Shown here: in pieces, positions 11,301 through 20,354 of the stretch | Layout of the letters: every line of letters starts with the position of its first letter | How positions within the stretch are numbered: the first letter of the stretch is position 1 | From: Bacteroidaceae bacterium | GTDB lineage: Bacteria > Bacteroidota > Bacteroidia > Bacteroidales > Bacteroidaceae | Direction: 5' to 3' | Assembly: GCA_045131955.1 (NCBI GenBank) | Contig: JBGURN010000196.1 | Span: 1 to 56,689, forward strand | Length of the DNA: 56,689 bases | Made by a program: the position numbers and the translations under genes | Notes under the pieces: generated by a model | The model's database searches: none | What the model saw: the letters and a program-made list of their open reading frames with translations, nothing else | What the model was told of the DNA's origin: nothing

Positions 11301-12347
11301 CTGTTCAAACGCTACTACAGGGAGAATTCCGACAACAACATACCCGGATACGGTCTGGGACTGCCTTACGCACGTCTGCAGCTCAGCCTCATAGGAGGTA
11401 CCATGTCAGCCGTGAATAACAGTGACGGAGTGGGATCGACATTCTACATGGAGTTCCCCGCCACACTCGGATCAGGCGTCACTCCCGATTCTATACCTCA
11501 GCAGGCTCCGACGCCACAGGCAGCCGATACCAAGATATCGCACGAGACACATCAGGAGGGTATGGCACAGGACTTCGATACCAAGAACATGAACGTGATG
11601 TTTGTATGCGCCGACGAGCAGGAAATCTCTACCATCACGGACTATTTCAGGGAGATGTTCAACAATATCCTGACTGCGCATGACGGCAAGGAAGCCCTCA
11701 GCCTGCTCAAGTCTGAATCCATAGACCTTGTGGTAAGCGATGCCGATATGGAGCAGATGAACGGATTCGAGTTGTGCCGCACCATCAAGAGCACCATCGA
11801 GATAAGCCATATCCCAGTTATCCTGTTCACCTCACGCCGTGACAAGCGCAACAACAGTCTGGGATACAAGATGGGAGCCGATGCATTCATACCCAAGCCT
11901 TATGACAACCAGCAGCTCTATGCGCTCATGCGCAGCCAACTGGGCGGAAGGTTCGAGATAAAGCGTCAGTATAACTTCGGATTCTTCAGCCAGATGAACC
12001 CTGACCAGACATTCAGCGTATCGGACGAGGAGTTCATACGTAAGCTCAATACAGCCATCACCGAGAACATATCGGACATATATCTCAGTGAAGACTCCAT
12101 ACGCAAGGAGATGGGACTGACACGTCCGGTCATCTCCAACAAGATGGAAGCTCTGCTTGGAACTACCCTGACAGGATATCTTAAAAGAATCAGGGTAAGC
12201 GTAGCCAAGGAGATGCTTACCGACTCTGACAGTGATTACGCTACTATAGCCCGCAATACCGGCTACAGTTCCGTTGACGAGATGGACAAGGCCTTCAAAC
12301 GTGAGACCGGAAAGACCATCTACTCTGTAAGGGAAAACCAAGGGTAA
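8379..12347 (+). CDS. hybrid two-component system sensor kinase/response regulator with AraC-type output (HTCS), copy 1
   Basis: Domain order: signal peptide, periplasmic beta-propeller repeats (..GRLWVGSDVGLS..), one TM, H-box SNIAHELRTPL, N/G boxes (NNAIKYS, DQGRGF, GYGLGL), receiver domain, and a C-terminal AraC HTH. Confidence 0.9.
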   Translation: MKRTITTVFLLLLTTALWAVNGVSLSQRTIGNGLESQSLNVLAKDSQGRLWVGSDVGLSIISNGTVTNIRDVASEGGLIMLGNVKSIVCKEDVLIACDDRILCYNPKRQQATTLRYDDVILQTDDILLNGNEASFYDAGTHSLYTFDLERHRCRLLATFTDQDYNFRKILKGSAVSDSAVIYLADDALGLFSYDRNKATLTHIKTDLPITAKATFIDKSNIIWVSVPSKGVKGYYINSNYEQIAQYSTANCALPSNDITYITTLPNGNLLTGHSDVGVCVIDRSSLDMGTVNVNIIENLKDVTCTLVNNDDRETLYATSGYGLISIKKTFLGQIRHLYENVDGIISYDNYVSALEEPQGTVILGTIGNGLCRIDLLTHNRTVFDGTQDLSVISMCNFDEDNILLADTDEGLLLFNRKTERVYKPTAYPGLSPLTHISLANTKMVVSEYGDIYIFNAGSHHYVYHKDTDTLKEINLRSQEGLPIKMVEGVCVTPYAVYATYRGSIVEINFTTLESNSIYLNKDKVIHNITSIASNSKGELFFTEPEGLHRFDPRSNFDEILVETWGNGRFMNVAVDGKDRVWFTTTNEYIQMFDLSKRELLMYSVEDGVPSSRFMNSFAIYSQSGFILFPDADGIVSINTAGPLMYDTPPVKVTCVSAYTDKREITGSELENSLVEPFKLPSKFREFTMEFSANSFNPTYPHLITYNLYKENMLVRSVTTTNPVITLPRLDKGIYTVVIRQAYRKGLSDPQPILSFKIPKTFFSTVPGVILALVVILLFGYSVARISSSVEKNRMEKAMASQDIKNREDKIAFLSNIAHELRTPLSLIYNPVKDFLQEKSVDGIDYERMERIFNQVNKMTVMVNMILDSSRADVNKADILIEDVNLNEWLNFLLEDYRIDCYGKGFSLKFLMDKSIETVSIDKRIVETGLSNMVNNAIKYSQSGTVITVITQRIGNMIRVSVKDQGRGFSCDPEELFKRYYRENSDNNIPGYGLGLPYARLQLSLIGGTMSAVNNSDGVGSTFYMEFPATLGSGVTPDSIPQQAPTPQAADTKISHETHQEGMAQDFDTKNMNVMFVCADEQEISTITDYFREMFNNILTAHDGKEALSLLKSESIDLVVSDADMEQMNGFELCRTIKSTIEISHIPVILFTSRRDKRNNSLGYKMGADAFIPKPYDNQQLYALMRSQLGGRFEIKRQYNFGFFSQMNPDQTFSVSDEEFIRKLNTAITENISDIYLSEDSIRKEMGLTRPVISNKMEALLGTTLTGYLKRIRVSVAKEMLTDSDSDYATIARNTGYSSVDEMDKAFKRETGKTIYSVRENQG

Positions 12348-12410
12348 CCCGGATTTTGTCTTTTAAACTGATTTTTACTACTTTAGCAAACATACTTGAT
12401 ACTCCAGCTT

Positions 12411-15400
12411 ATGAAAAAAAGGATTCTGACTATTCTGTTTTCAGTAATGACCTGTATCAGCGTCAGCGCCGGTTATACGCAACAGGCACAGATAGGAACA
12501 GAAAAAGGACTTAGCTGCAATGCAGTCAAGGCTTTCGCCAAGGATGTTTACGGACGACTCTGGGTTGGAACCATAAACGGCGCCAACCTCATATCCAACG
12601 GAACAGTACGTCAGTATCAGTATTTCAACGTGAAAGGTCAGGACATAGTCACGGGCGACGTGCTCTCCATAGGCTGTTCACGCCGTGCCATCATTGCCAC
12701 GACCAACCATATCATAGATTTCGACCCGGACAATGACTCCACACGTCTGGTGACCTATGACGGCAAGAGCATAAGGACCGAGAATATTCTGATGAGCGGT
12801 GACTCGGCCTACTTCTTCAACGCGCCTCTTTGCGCCGTGATGCTGTATGACCTGAACACCTGCCGTACCAGTATCGTGGCTCAGTTCCCATCCGAGCGTC
12901 AGTTCCACTTCACCAAGCTCATGCACTACTCGGATGATCCCAACCAGATTCTCCTGATTGAGGATGACCGCGGATTCTACCATCTGAACGTAACCACGGG
13001 AGCCCTGACCCATATGGACCAGCTCGGCGTCAATGTAACCAGCAGAGCCTCATTCATCGACTCCAACTCCATTCTCTGGATAGCATACAAGAATATGGGA
13101 ATAACCGGTTACTACGTCAAATCAGGATTTGACATGATAGCCCACTATGACAGATCCAACTCCCATATCCCCAATAACAACGTGGTTTGTATGGCCGAGA
13201 TGTCAGGCGGAAACCTCCTTGTATGTACTTCCGATGACGGATTCTGCATACTGGACCGCAAGAACGGAGTCACCCGCGATGACCTCTATGTAAATCTCTC
13301 GCCCCTGCACGTGATATGCGCCATGACTAACCCCAAGACCGATGAGGTTATACTCGGCACCCTGCACCGCGGCATAGTAACACTGCGCAACTCATTCTTC
13401 CATAACATAAGCACCACTGTCCTGGAGCATAAGACAGAGAGTTCTGTCATTCCTATTTCCGGTTATCAGGACAGGGAAGGCAAGATATGGTTGGGATCAG
13501 GAGGATTCGGTATCAGCCAGCTCAACGAGAAGACTGAACAGTTGACCTTCTACAAGTCTACAGAGGGTATGAGGATATCAAGCATCTGCAGTTTTGACAG
13601 TGAGAACCTGCTCGTTACGGAACGGACACGCGGCCTGTTCCTGTTTAACAAGAGGACAGGAGCCCTGACTCCGGCCACATTCCTCTCAGATGCAGGCATA
13701 AACATATCATCATCAAGACTGACCCACCTCAAGACCATCACAACCCCCGACGGTGACATCATCCTGTTCAACTGCAACGGTCGTCATCTCATATACCGCC
13801 GTAACATAAAGGAGGTGAGAGAGATCGTGCTTCAGATGAACGGAGAGGAGAACAAGGGTATTGTTGAAGATGTCAGGGTTAGGCCATCACATGCCACCAT
13901 TGTCTGCAACGGATGTATATACGAGATTGACTACAGGACCCTGCTCGCCCGCCTCATATTCCAGGGCCAGGATCATGAGTCCAGTCCCATATCAAATGTA
14001 GTCGAAGACTCCCAGGGAATAATATGGGCCTGCTCGCCCGATCAGCTCATAAGCTATGACCCCAGAGCCAACAAGCTCTCGGAGGTTATGGAGAATGAGG
14101 ATAACGGAGTATTCCTCTCACTTGCCATAGACCGTCACGATCACCTTTGGATAACCACGGACAAGGCATTGCTGCTTATGGTCGACACACATCAGGATAA
14201 GATAGAGGGAGCCTGCACCTATTATGCCAGGGACTGCGGAACCATGCTGAACTTCCTTCCCGGTTTCTCAATGGTCTCAAATGACGGTTACGTCTATTTC
14301 CCGCAGACATCGGGCCTTCTGGTTGTGGACCATGACAACTCTATTGTCCAGTATAACAGCGATCCCTGCCCGCTTCTTATCACCAAGGTCGTGCTGGACG
14401 GCATGATTAACGAGAGCAAGACCGGCGGCCAGAACAAGACTCTCGCCATCCCCAACAAGTTCTCGATGCTGAGCGTACATGTGGCACTCAACCAGTTCGA
14501 CCCCACCAAGCCGGTAACACTCAAGTACACTCTGCTCAAGAAAGGACGTCCGTACCCGGTTATGGAAAGCGTGACCAACAGCACTGATTTCTCCATTCCC
14601 CGTACCACACACGGCTCATTCACGTTAACCGTAAGTCAGCGTACCATACAGGGATGGACCGAGCCTCAGGAGCTCCTCTCATACAATGTGGCAAGGCCTT
14701 TCATCATGACCATCCCTGCCTACCTGCTCATAATAGCAATCATAATCTCCATCAGTGTCACCATATCGAAAGTAGGTATCAGCCTCAAACAGATCGATAT
14801 GGACCGAGCCATGAACGCCCAGGAGAACAAACATAAGGATGACAAGATTTCACTCCTTTCCAACCTTGCCCATGAACTGCGCACTCCCCTGTCACTGATT
14901 TATAATCCTGTCAAGGACATGCTGGAGGAGAAAGCGGTCCGCAACGTGGATTATGAACGTCTGGAGCGTATATTCAACCAGGTTCAGAAGATGACCGAGA
15001 TGGTTAACCTGATCCTGGACAAGGGTACTAATGACATAAGCAAGAGCGATCTTGTAATCAAACCGGTAGACCTTAACGACTGGCTCGGCAAGATACTTGA
15101 AGACTTCAAGACAGACTGCTACTCCAAGGGTCTTAAGACCGAGTTCAAACCCATGTCTGAACTTGGAATGGTGAACTTTGATCCCAAGATGGTTGAGACA
15201 GCCGTCAACAACATCATGACCAATGCCATCAAGTACAGTGACACGGGTACCATTACGGTCACCACAGGCCATGATAAGGGTAAGATATGGATAAGTTTCA
15301 AGGATGAGGGACGCGGATTCCAGTGTAAACCCGAGGAACTGTTCAAACGCTACTACAGGGAGAACGAGAACGTTCCCGGATACGGTCTGGGTCTGTCACA

Positions 15401-16385
15401 GGCCAAGTTCATGATTGAGCTTATGGACGGCACAATAGAGGCCAGGAAGAATGACGGTGCAGGCTCTACTTTCACCATTGTAATTCCTGATAACCTGGGT
15501 GACAAGGAAGAGCAGAATTCGGCTGTCAAGCCGCAGGTACCTGTCATTGCTGAGACACCTGACTTCAGCGAGATCGATGAACCCGAGCAGACTGAGGAGG
15601 TAAACTTTGACACAAAGAGCATGACACTGCTCATTGTCGATGACCAGGATGATATACTTCAGTTCATCAAGGACGAGTACTCTCCCTTGTTCAAGACTAT
15701 CTACACGGCACATGACGGTAAGGAGGCTCTGGAACTGATACGCCAGCGCATGCCTAACGTCGTAGTCAGCGATATCATGATGCCCCGCATGAACGGATTC
15801 GAGCTCTGTAAGACCATCAAGACCGATCTGGAGTTAAGTAGTATCCCCGTTATCCTGCTTACCTCACGAAGCGACCCCAAGAACCAGGATATGGGATACA
15901 AGATGGGTGCCGACTCATTCCTGCCCAAACCGTTTGACTCCAAGCTTCTATACAAGATCATAAGGAGCCAGCTCAAGAACAGGTTCGAAATTAAGCGACA
16001 GTATGCCACATCGTTCTTTACGGCAATCTCTGAGGACCAGACCTTCAGTGCTGCCGATGAGCAGTTCGTTCTCAAACTCAACCGCTTTATACGTGAGAAC
16101 CTGAGCAACACCATGCTGGGCGTTGATATGATCGTGGACCATATGAACGTGTCACGTACCACCCTGTTCAACAAGATGAACAACCTGGTAGGTGCATCCA
16201 CCAACAAGTATATACGCCGCATACGTATAGACGTAGCCAAGGAGATGCTCTCCAAGACGAACAAGTCAGTGGGCACCATAGCCGAGGAGACCGGATTCTC
16301 CGAGAGCCAGTACTTCAGTACTGTATTCAAGCAGGAGACCGGCATGACTCCCTCACAGTTCAAGGATTCCCTGCGTAAGGTATAA
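12411..16385 (+). CDS. hybrid two-component system sensor kinase/response regulator with AraC-type output (HTCS), copy 2 (tandem paralog)
   Basis: Same architecture as copy 1: H-box SNLAHELRTPL, a canonical receiver (LLIVDDQDD, VVSDIMMPRMNG, LTS, KPF) and an AraC HTH. The start is set at MKKRILT (ATG 12411). Confidence 0.9.
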   Translation: MKKRILTILFSVMTCISVSAGYTQQAQIGTEKGLSCNAVKAFAKDVYGRLWVGTINGANLISNGTVRQYQYFNVKGQDIVTGDVLSIGCSRRAIIATTNHIIDFDPDNDSTRLVTYDGKSIRTENILMSGDSAYFFNAPLCAVMLYDLNTCRTSIVAQFPSERQFHFTKLMHYSDDPNQILLIEDDRGFYHLNVTTGALTHMDQLGVNVTSRASFIDSNSILWIAYKNMGITGYYVKSGFDMIAHYDRSNSHIPNNNVVCMAEMSGGNLLVCTSDDGFCILDRKNGVTRDDLYVNLSPLHVICAMTNPKTDEVILGTLHRGIVTLRNSFFHNISTTVLEHKTESSVIPISGYQDREGKIWLGSGGFGISQLNEKTEQLTFYKSTEGMRISSICSFDSENLLVTERTRGLFLFNKRTGALTPATFLSDAGINISSSRLTHLKTITTPDGDIILFNCNGRHLIYRRNIKEVREIVLQMNGEENKGIVEDVRVRPSHATIVCNGCIYEIDYRTLLARLIFQGQDHESSPISNVVEDSQGIIWACSPDQLISYDPRANKLSEVMENEDNGVFLSLAIDRHDHLWITTDKALLLMVDTHQDKIEGACTYYARDCGTMLNFLPGFSMVSNDGYVYFPQTSGLLVVDHDNSIVQYNSDPCPLLITKVVLDGMINESKTGGQNKTLAIPNKFSMLSVHVALNQFDPTKPVTLKYTLLKKGRPYPVMESVTNSTDFSIPRTTHGSFTLTVSQRTIQGWTEPQELLSYNVARPFIMTIPAYLLIIAIIISISVTISKVGISLKQIDMDRAMNAQENKHKDDKISLLSNLAHELRTPLSLIYNPVKDMLEEKAVRNVDYERLERIFNQVQKMTEMVNLILDKGTNDISKSDLVIKPVDLNDWLGKILEDFKTDCYSKGLKTEFKPMSELGMVNFDPKMVETAVNNIMTNAIKYSDTGTITVTTGHDKGKIWISFKDEGRGFQCKPEELFKRYYRENENVPGYGLGLSQAKFMIELMDGTIEARKNDGAGSTFTIVIPDNLGDKEEQNSAVKPQVPVIAETPDFSEIDEPEQTEEVNFDTKSMTLLIVDDQDDILQFIKDEYSPLFKTIYTAHDGKEALELIRQRMPNVVVSDIMMPRMNGFELCKTIKTDLELSSIPVILLTSRSDPKNQDMGYKMGADSFLPKPFDSKLLYKIIRSQLKNRFEIKRQYATSFFTAISEDQTFSAADEQFVLKLNRFIRENLSNTMLGVDMIVDHMNVSRTTLFNKMNNLVGASTNKYIRRIRIDVAKEMLSKTNKSVGTIAEETGFSESQYFSTVFKQETGMTPSQFKDSLRKV

Positions 16386-16387
16386 CC

Positions 16388-17500
16388 TTAGCAGGGCTTG
16401 CACAGCGAGCCGGGAGTCTGGACTATCAGACCTTTCATCTCAAGGCTGAGAATGATAGTCATAAGGCGTGGGAAAGGTATGTTCAACTCTGTCATAAGAG
16501 TGCTTATATGCACTCCCTGAGCTTTGAGGCTCACCCTATTATAGACTGTTTCCTCCTCTTTGGTAAGATCAGGAAACAGTTCTTTCTGTATACCTTTCTG
16601 CTTTCGTTTACGGTCATTCCAGTTCATGGCCGTGACAAAATCCATGGCCGATGTGATAAGGCTGGCACGGTTGTCTCTTATGAGTTCGTTACAGCCCACC
16701 GAGTAGGGATCGCCCACACTGCCTGGAAAGGCAAAACACTCCCGGTTATAGCTTTCTGCTATCTCTGCCGTTATGAGTGAGCCGCTCTTGGCGGCCGATT
16801 CAACCACCACCACGGCATCGGACAACCCGGCGATTATACGGTTACGGCGTACAAAATTATGGCCTAAGGGAATGGTTCGGGACATGAATTCAGTCACCAG
16901 CCCACCCTCACCCAGCATCTGCTTGGCTATGGGCCTGTGTGACGACGGATAGATCATGTCAAGGCCATGGGCCAATACTCCTATGGTTGGGAATCCCGCC
17001 TCCAAGGCGGCTTTATGGGACTCGATGTCTATACCGTAAGCCAGTCCGCTCACGACAGTTACATCGGGACATAACTCGTGCAGCTCCCTTATAAAGGAGT
17101 GGCACATCCTGCGGCCATACTCGGTGGCCTTTCTCGTTCCTACAATACCCACCGTCCGGGTGGCATTGTAATTGACGTTACCCAGTGAAAACAGAATAAG
17201 AGGTGCGTCATTGCAGTCCAACATGCGTGCAGGATAATCTGAATCAGAGAGAGTGATACATCTGATTCCGTGTTTTTCAATGAAATCGAGTTCTTCACGG
17301 ATAAAAGAATCATACCGGGCATCGCACACCGCATCCAAAAGATGCGTGTCGATTCCCGGTATGATGTCTTTTAGATGATCGCGTCTCCTGAAGATTTCCT
17401 GCGCGCTGCCTAACTGTTCATATAGGTATTTGGCACCTATACATCCCAGTCCTTCTATTCTGTTTAGAGTGAGCAGCGCCGTCAGTTCATCTTCCGGCAT
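16388..17500 (-). CDS. dprA: DNA-processing protein DprA (Smf)
   Basis: 370 aa with the DprA Rossmann-like core (VVSGLAYGIDIESH, VVVESAAKSGSLITA) and a C-terminal winged-helix-like tail. Confidence 0.88.
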   Translation of the reverse strand: MPEDELTALLTLNRIEGLGCIGAKYLYEQLGSAQEIFRRRDHLKDIIPGIDTHLLDAVCDARYDSFIREELDFIEKHGIRCITLSDSDYPARMLDCNDAPLILFSLGNVNYNATRTVGIVGTRKATEYGRRMCHSFIRELHELCPDVTVVSGLAYGIDIESHKAALEAGFPTIGVLAHGLDMIYPSSHRPIAKQMLGEGGLVTEFMSRTIPLGHNFVRRNRIIAGLSDAVVVVESAAKSGSLITAEIAESYNRECFAFPGSVGDPYSVGCNELIRDNRASLITSAMDFVTAMNWNDRKRKQKGIQKELFPDLTKEEETVYNRVSLKAQGVHISTLMTELNIPFPRLMTIILSLEMKGLIVQTPGSLCKPC

Positions 17501-17525
17501 TTGTTCACGCGATTATTTCTGTTTC

Positions 17526-19211
17526 TTAGAGTGCAGCTACGGCATCCTGATACTTGGCGAACTCAAGATCCTTCTGAGCCTTCTCCTTGAGTGAAGAGTC
17601 AAGGCTAACGGCCTTCTTGAGGTTCTGAGCAACAGCAGCAGCGTCGTTAGTGCGAGCAGCAGCGATTGCACCCAGGTAAGCGGTCTGAGCGTCAGCGTTC
17701 TTAACGTTAGCAAGAACCTTCTGAGCACCGGCGTAGTCCTTAGTCATGATCATAGCAAGAGCCTCACCGTTGGTGTTGCTGCCCTTCAGAGCTGAGAGAG
17801 CGCGCTCGTACTGACCCTGTGCGATGTACATGTTACCAAGAGCCTCGTTGTTCTGCTGGCTCTGACCACCCTTAGCGAAGTAAGTCTGAGCATCGGCAGG
17901 ATTGTTCTGAGCAAGGCAGAGCAGACCCATGTTGGTGTTAACCTCAGGAGCTGAAGCGTTCAGAGCAAGAGCCTTCTTGTAGTTAGACTCGGCAGTTGCC
18001 ATATCACCATCCTTGAATGCGATCTCACCGAGGTTGTTGAATGCACGGTAGTCGTTAGGATAGTTCTTTGAAGCAGTTGTGTAGATAGCCTTCTTCTCAG
18101 CCTTGTCCTCAGTCAGGGTAGCAGCGTAAAGCAGCTCCTCAACGCTCAGAACAGAAGCATCAGTCTTGTAAGCCTCCTGGATCTCCTCATCTGAACGGCC
18201 GATGATCTGATAGTTCAGAGTCAGGCGGGCACGACGCAGCTGGGGAAGAATGTCAGCAGCCAGATCCTTGTAAACAGCTGAGAGGTTCTTGATCTCGGCC
18301 TCACGCTTCTCAGGATCATCATACATAGAAAGAACGCGGAGGATCAGATCCTTGTCCTGCAGGCTTGACTTCTCAACGAGCTCCTTGAAACCTTCCCAGT
18401 CCTGAGCGGTGTACTTAGACTCGATGGCAGCGTTAGCCTTAGCCTTCTTAACCTCGTTCTTAGCATAGTTGGCAGCGTTCTTCTCACGCTGTGCAGCCAG
18501 CTTGTCGTTCAGCTTGAGACCACCATCAGGTGAAGCGTAAGCTGAAATCTCAACGTTATCGATAGCGTAGTTCTTAGTGTCGGCTGAGAAATCCTTCAGT
18601 GACTGCTTGAGAGCCTTAACAGCGTCGCTGTTGGTCTCTGATGAACGTACGTTAGCCTGCTGGATTACGAACATGATGTTGGCATCCTGAGCCTGCTTGA
18701 TGATACGCTGGAAAGCATCCTTTGAACCAGCGGTATTGGCACCCTTAGCGGTCTCTGAGTAGAGCTCTGAAGTAGAAACAACACCGTCAGCAATCTTAAC
18801 GGGCTCAACTTCTACGGGCTTGCCCTTCTTTGTAGCCTCGAAGGTTACATAGAGCTCTGACTTGGCCATCTCAGGCTGATACTTGAAATTGCCGTTATAG
18901 GTGAAAGAACCACCTTCCTTCCATTCGATAGTCTGGCCATTGCCCTGAATCTTCTCACCCTGGAGGAGAACAGGCTCGCCCTTAACAGAACCACCTTCCC
19001 AACGGAGCTCGGGAGTAGCGGTGCAAACTACCTTCTTGATGAATGTCTTTGAGGGGAATGTTCCGGTTACAGTGTAAGGAACCTGACCACCTACTGCCTC
19101 CAGAGGATTAGGATTTACTGTGAAGTACTCTTCCTTAACCTGGAAATTCTTGCAGCTGGCAAACATCATAATACCTGCGCAGAAGAGCGCAAAACGAAAT
19201 GATTTTGACAT
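17526..19211 (-). CDS. lipoprotein with an OmpA-like peptidoglycan-binding motif and C-terminal TPR repeats; function unknown
   Basis: Lipobox ..MMFASC. The motif YASPDGGLKLNDKLAAQR fits the OmpA_C pattern [HY][TA][DS]xxGxxxxNxxL[SA]xxR. The C-terminal 200 aa are Ala/Asn/Gly-rich TPR-like repeats (NNLGEIAFKDGDMATAESNYKKALALN..). Confidence 0.6.
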   Translation of the reverse strand: MSKSFRFALFCAGIMMFASCKNFQVKEEYFTVNPNPLEAVGGQVPYTVTGTFPSKTFIKKVVCTATPELRWEGGSVKGEPVLLQGEKIQGNGQTIEWKEGGSFTYNGNFKYQPEMAKSELYVTFEATKKGKPVEVEPVKIADGVVSTSELYSETAKGANTAGSKDAFQRIIKQAQDANIMFVIQQANVRSSETNSDAVKALKQSLKDFSADTKNYAIDNVEISAYASPDGGLKLNDKLAAQREKNAANYAKNEVKKAKANAAIESKYTAQDWEGFKELVEKSSLQDKDLILRVLSMYDDPEKREAEIKNLSAVYKDLAADILPQLRRARLTLNYQIIGRSDEEIQEAYKTDASVLSVEELLYAATLTEDKAEKKAIYTTASKNYPNDYRAFNNLGEIAFKDGDMATAESNYKKALALNASAPEVNTNMGLLCLAQNNPADAQTYFAKGGQSQQNNEALGNMYIAQGQYERALSALKGSNTNGEALAMIMTKDYAGAQKVLANVKNADAQTAYLGAIAAARTNDAAAVAQNLKKAVSLDSSLKEKAQKDLEFAKYQDAVAAL

Positions 19212-19267
19212 AGTTGTTGTTATTAATTGTTGGTAAAAAAGTATTCCTTATATCAGTGCATACTGCG

Positions 19268-19275
19268 CAAAACTA
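19268..19275 (-). promoter_or_regulatory. putative -7 box (TAGTTTTG on the minus strand) for the TPR lipoprotein gene
   Basis: Plus-strand CAAAACTA, 56 nt upstream of the ATG at 19211. Confidence 0.45.
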
Positions 19276-19365
19276 CAAAAAGAATATAAGATACAACACC
19301 CAGCGCCCAATATTTTTAATATAAGGAGTCGCTTTTTTGCAAAAAACCTTCAAATAGTGAAAAAA

Positions 19366-20292
19366 TCAGATATTTCGAGGGTGATGAAGCACAATTTCCT
19401 CGCGTAGACGGCTTCTATCGATATGTGTGTATATCTCTGTAGTGGAAATTTTCTCATGTCCGAGCATGCACTGGATAGCCCTGAGATTGGCTCCGCCCTC
19501 AAGCAGATGAGTGGCGAAAGAGTGACGGAAAGTATGCGGACTTACTGTTTTGTCAATTCCGGCTTTGGCGGTCAGGTCCTTGACTATATCAAAGACCATG
19601 ATCCTGGAGATAGGTCTTCCGCGACGGATGCTCAGGAACAGATAGGGTTCCGCTCCGGGCTTTATCTCTATATGACAGCGGTCCTTGAGCCAATAGCCGA
19701 TCTCTTTTACAGCCCTGCCTGAGATAGGAACGAGACGTTGCTTGCTTCCCTTACCGGTCACCCTTATGAAACCCTCTTCAAGAAAGAGGTCCTCCATCTT
19801 AAGGGAGCAGAGTTCCGATACGCGCAGTCCGCAGCTGTACATGGTCTCTATCATGGTCCTGTTACGCTGTCCTTCGGGTTGTGAGAGGTCTATAGCGGAT
19901 ATTATACGGTCTATCTCATCAACAGAGAGGACATCCGGGAGATGACGTCCTATCTTGGGTGCCTCAAGCAACTCGCTGGGATCATCGTCACGGTACCCGT
20001 CGAGCGTGAGGAACCTGAACAGGGACTTGACTCCCGATATGATACGGGCCTGGGAGCGCGGCGCTATTCCCAGGTCACCCATAGCGGCGGCAAAACCGTG
20101 CAGGTCATCGAGCGTAAGGGTAGTCAGGTCCAGTCCGCAGTCTGATATGTAGTCCAGTATCTTATTGGCATCATCCATATAGGCCTCAAGCGTATTGGGC
20201 GAAAGGGATTTCTCAAGAAGCAGGTACTGACGGTAACGTTTCAGCATGGCTCCATGCTCATTGACAGACTGATGCTCATCGACAGTTTTCAT
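19366..20292 (-). CDS. xerD: tyrosine site-specific recombinase XerD
   Basis: 308 aa with an N-terminal SAM-like domain (YLLLEKSLSPNTLEAY) and catalytic motifs HTFRHSFATHLL and LGHEKISTTEIYTH. Confidence 0.85.
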   Translation of the reverse strand: MKTVDEHQSVNEHGAMLKRYRQYLLLEKSLSPNTLEAYMDDANKILDYISDCGLDLTTLTLDDLHGFAAAMGDLGIAPRSQARIISGVKSLFRFLTLDGYRDDDPSELLEAPKIGRHLPDVLSVDEIDRIISAIDLSQPEGQRNRTMIETMYSCGLRVSELCSLKMEDLFLEEGFIRVTGKGSKQRLVPISGRAVKEIGYWLKDRCHIEIKPGAEPYLFLSIRRGRPISRIMVFDIVKDLTAKAGIDKTVSPHTFRHSFATHLLEGGANLRAIQCMLGHEKISTTEIYTHIDRSRLREEIVLHHPRNI

Positions 20293-20310
20293 ATTGTCAG
20301 AAAAACCGAT

Positions 20311-20318
20311 TAACTTTG
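20311..20318 (+). promoter_or_regulatory. putative -7 box TAACTTTG upstream of the O-methyltransferase gene
   Basis: Exact TAnnTTTG, 36 nt upstream of the ATG at 20355. Confidence 0.45.
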
Positions 20319-20338
20319 CAGTTGTGTTAACTGCACAT

Positions 20339-20346
20339 CAAAGATA
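20339..20346 (-). promoter_or_regulatory. putative -7 box (TATCTTTG on the minus strand) for xerD
   Basis: Plus-strand CAAAGATA, 46 nt upstream of the xerD ATG (20292). Confidence 0.4.
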
Positions 20347-20354
20347 GCTAAAAT

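Noticed and set aside
19366-20292. The tyrosine recombinase as the integrase of a mobile element
   Set aside because: The sequence is XerD-like throughout, the flanking genes are housekeeping, and there is no adjacent tRNA target, att-like repeat or cargo genes. The only tRNA is 15 kb away.
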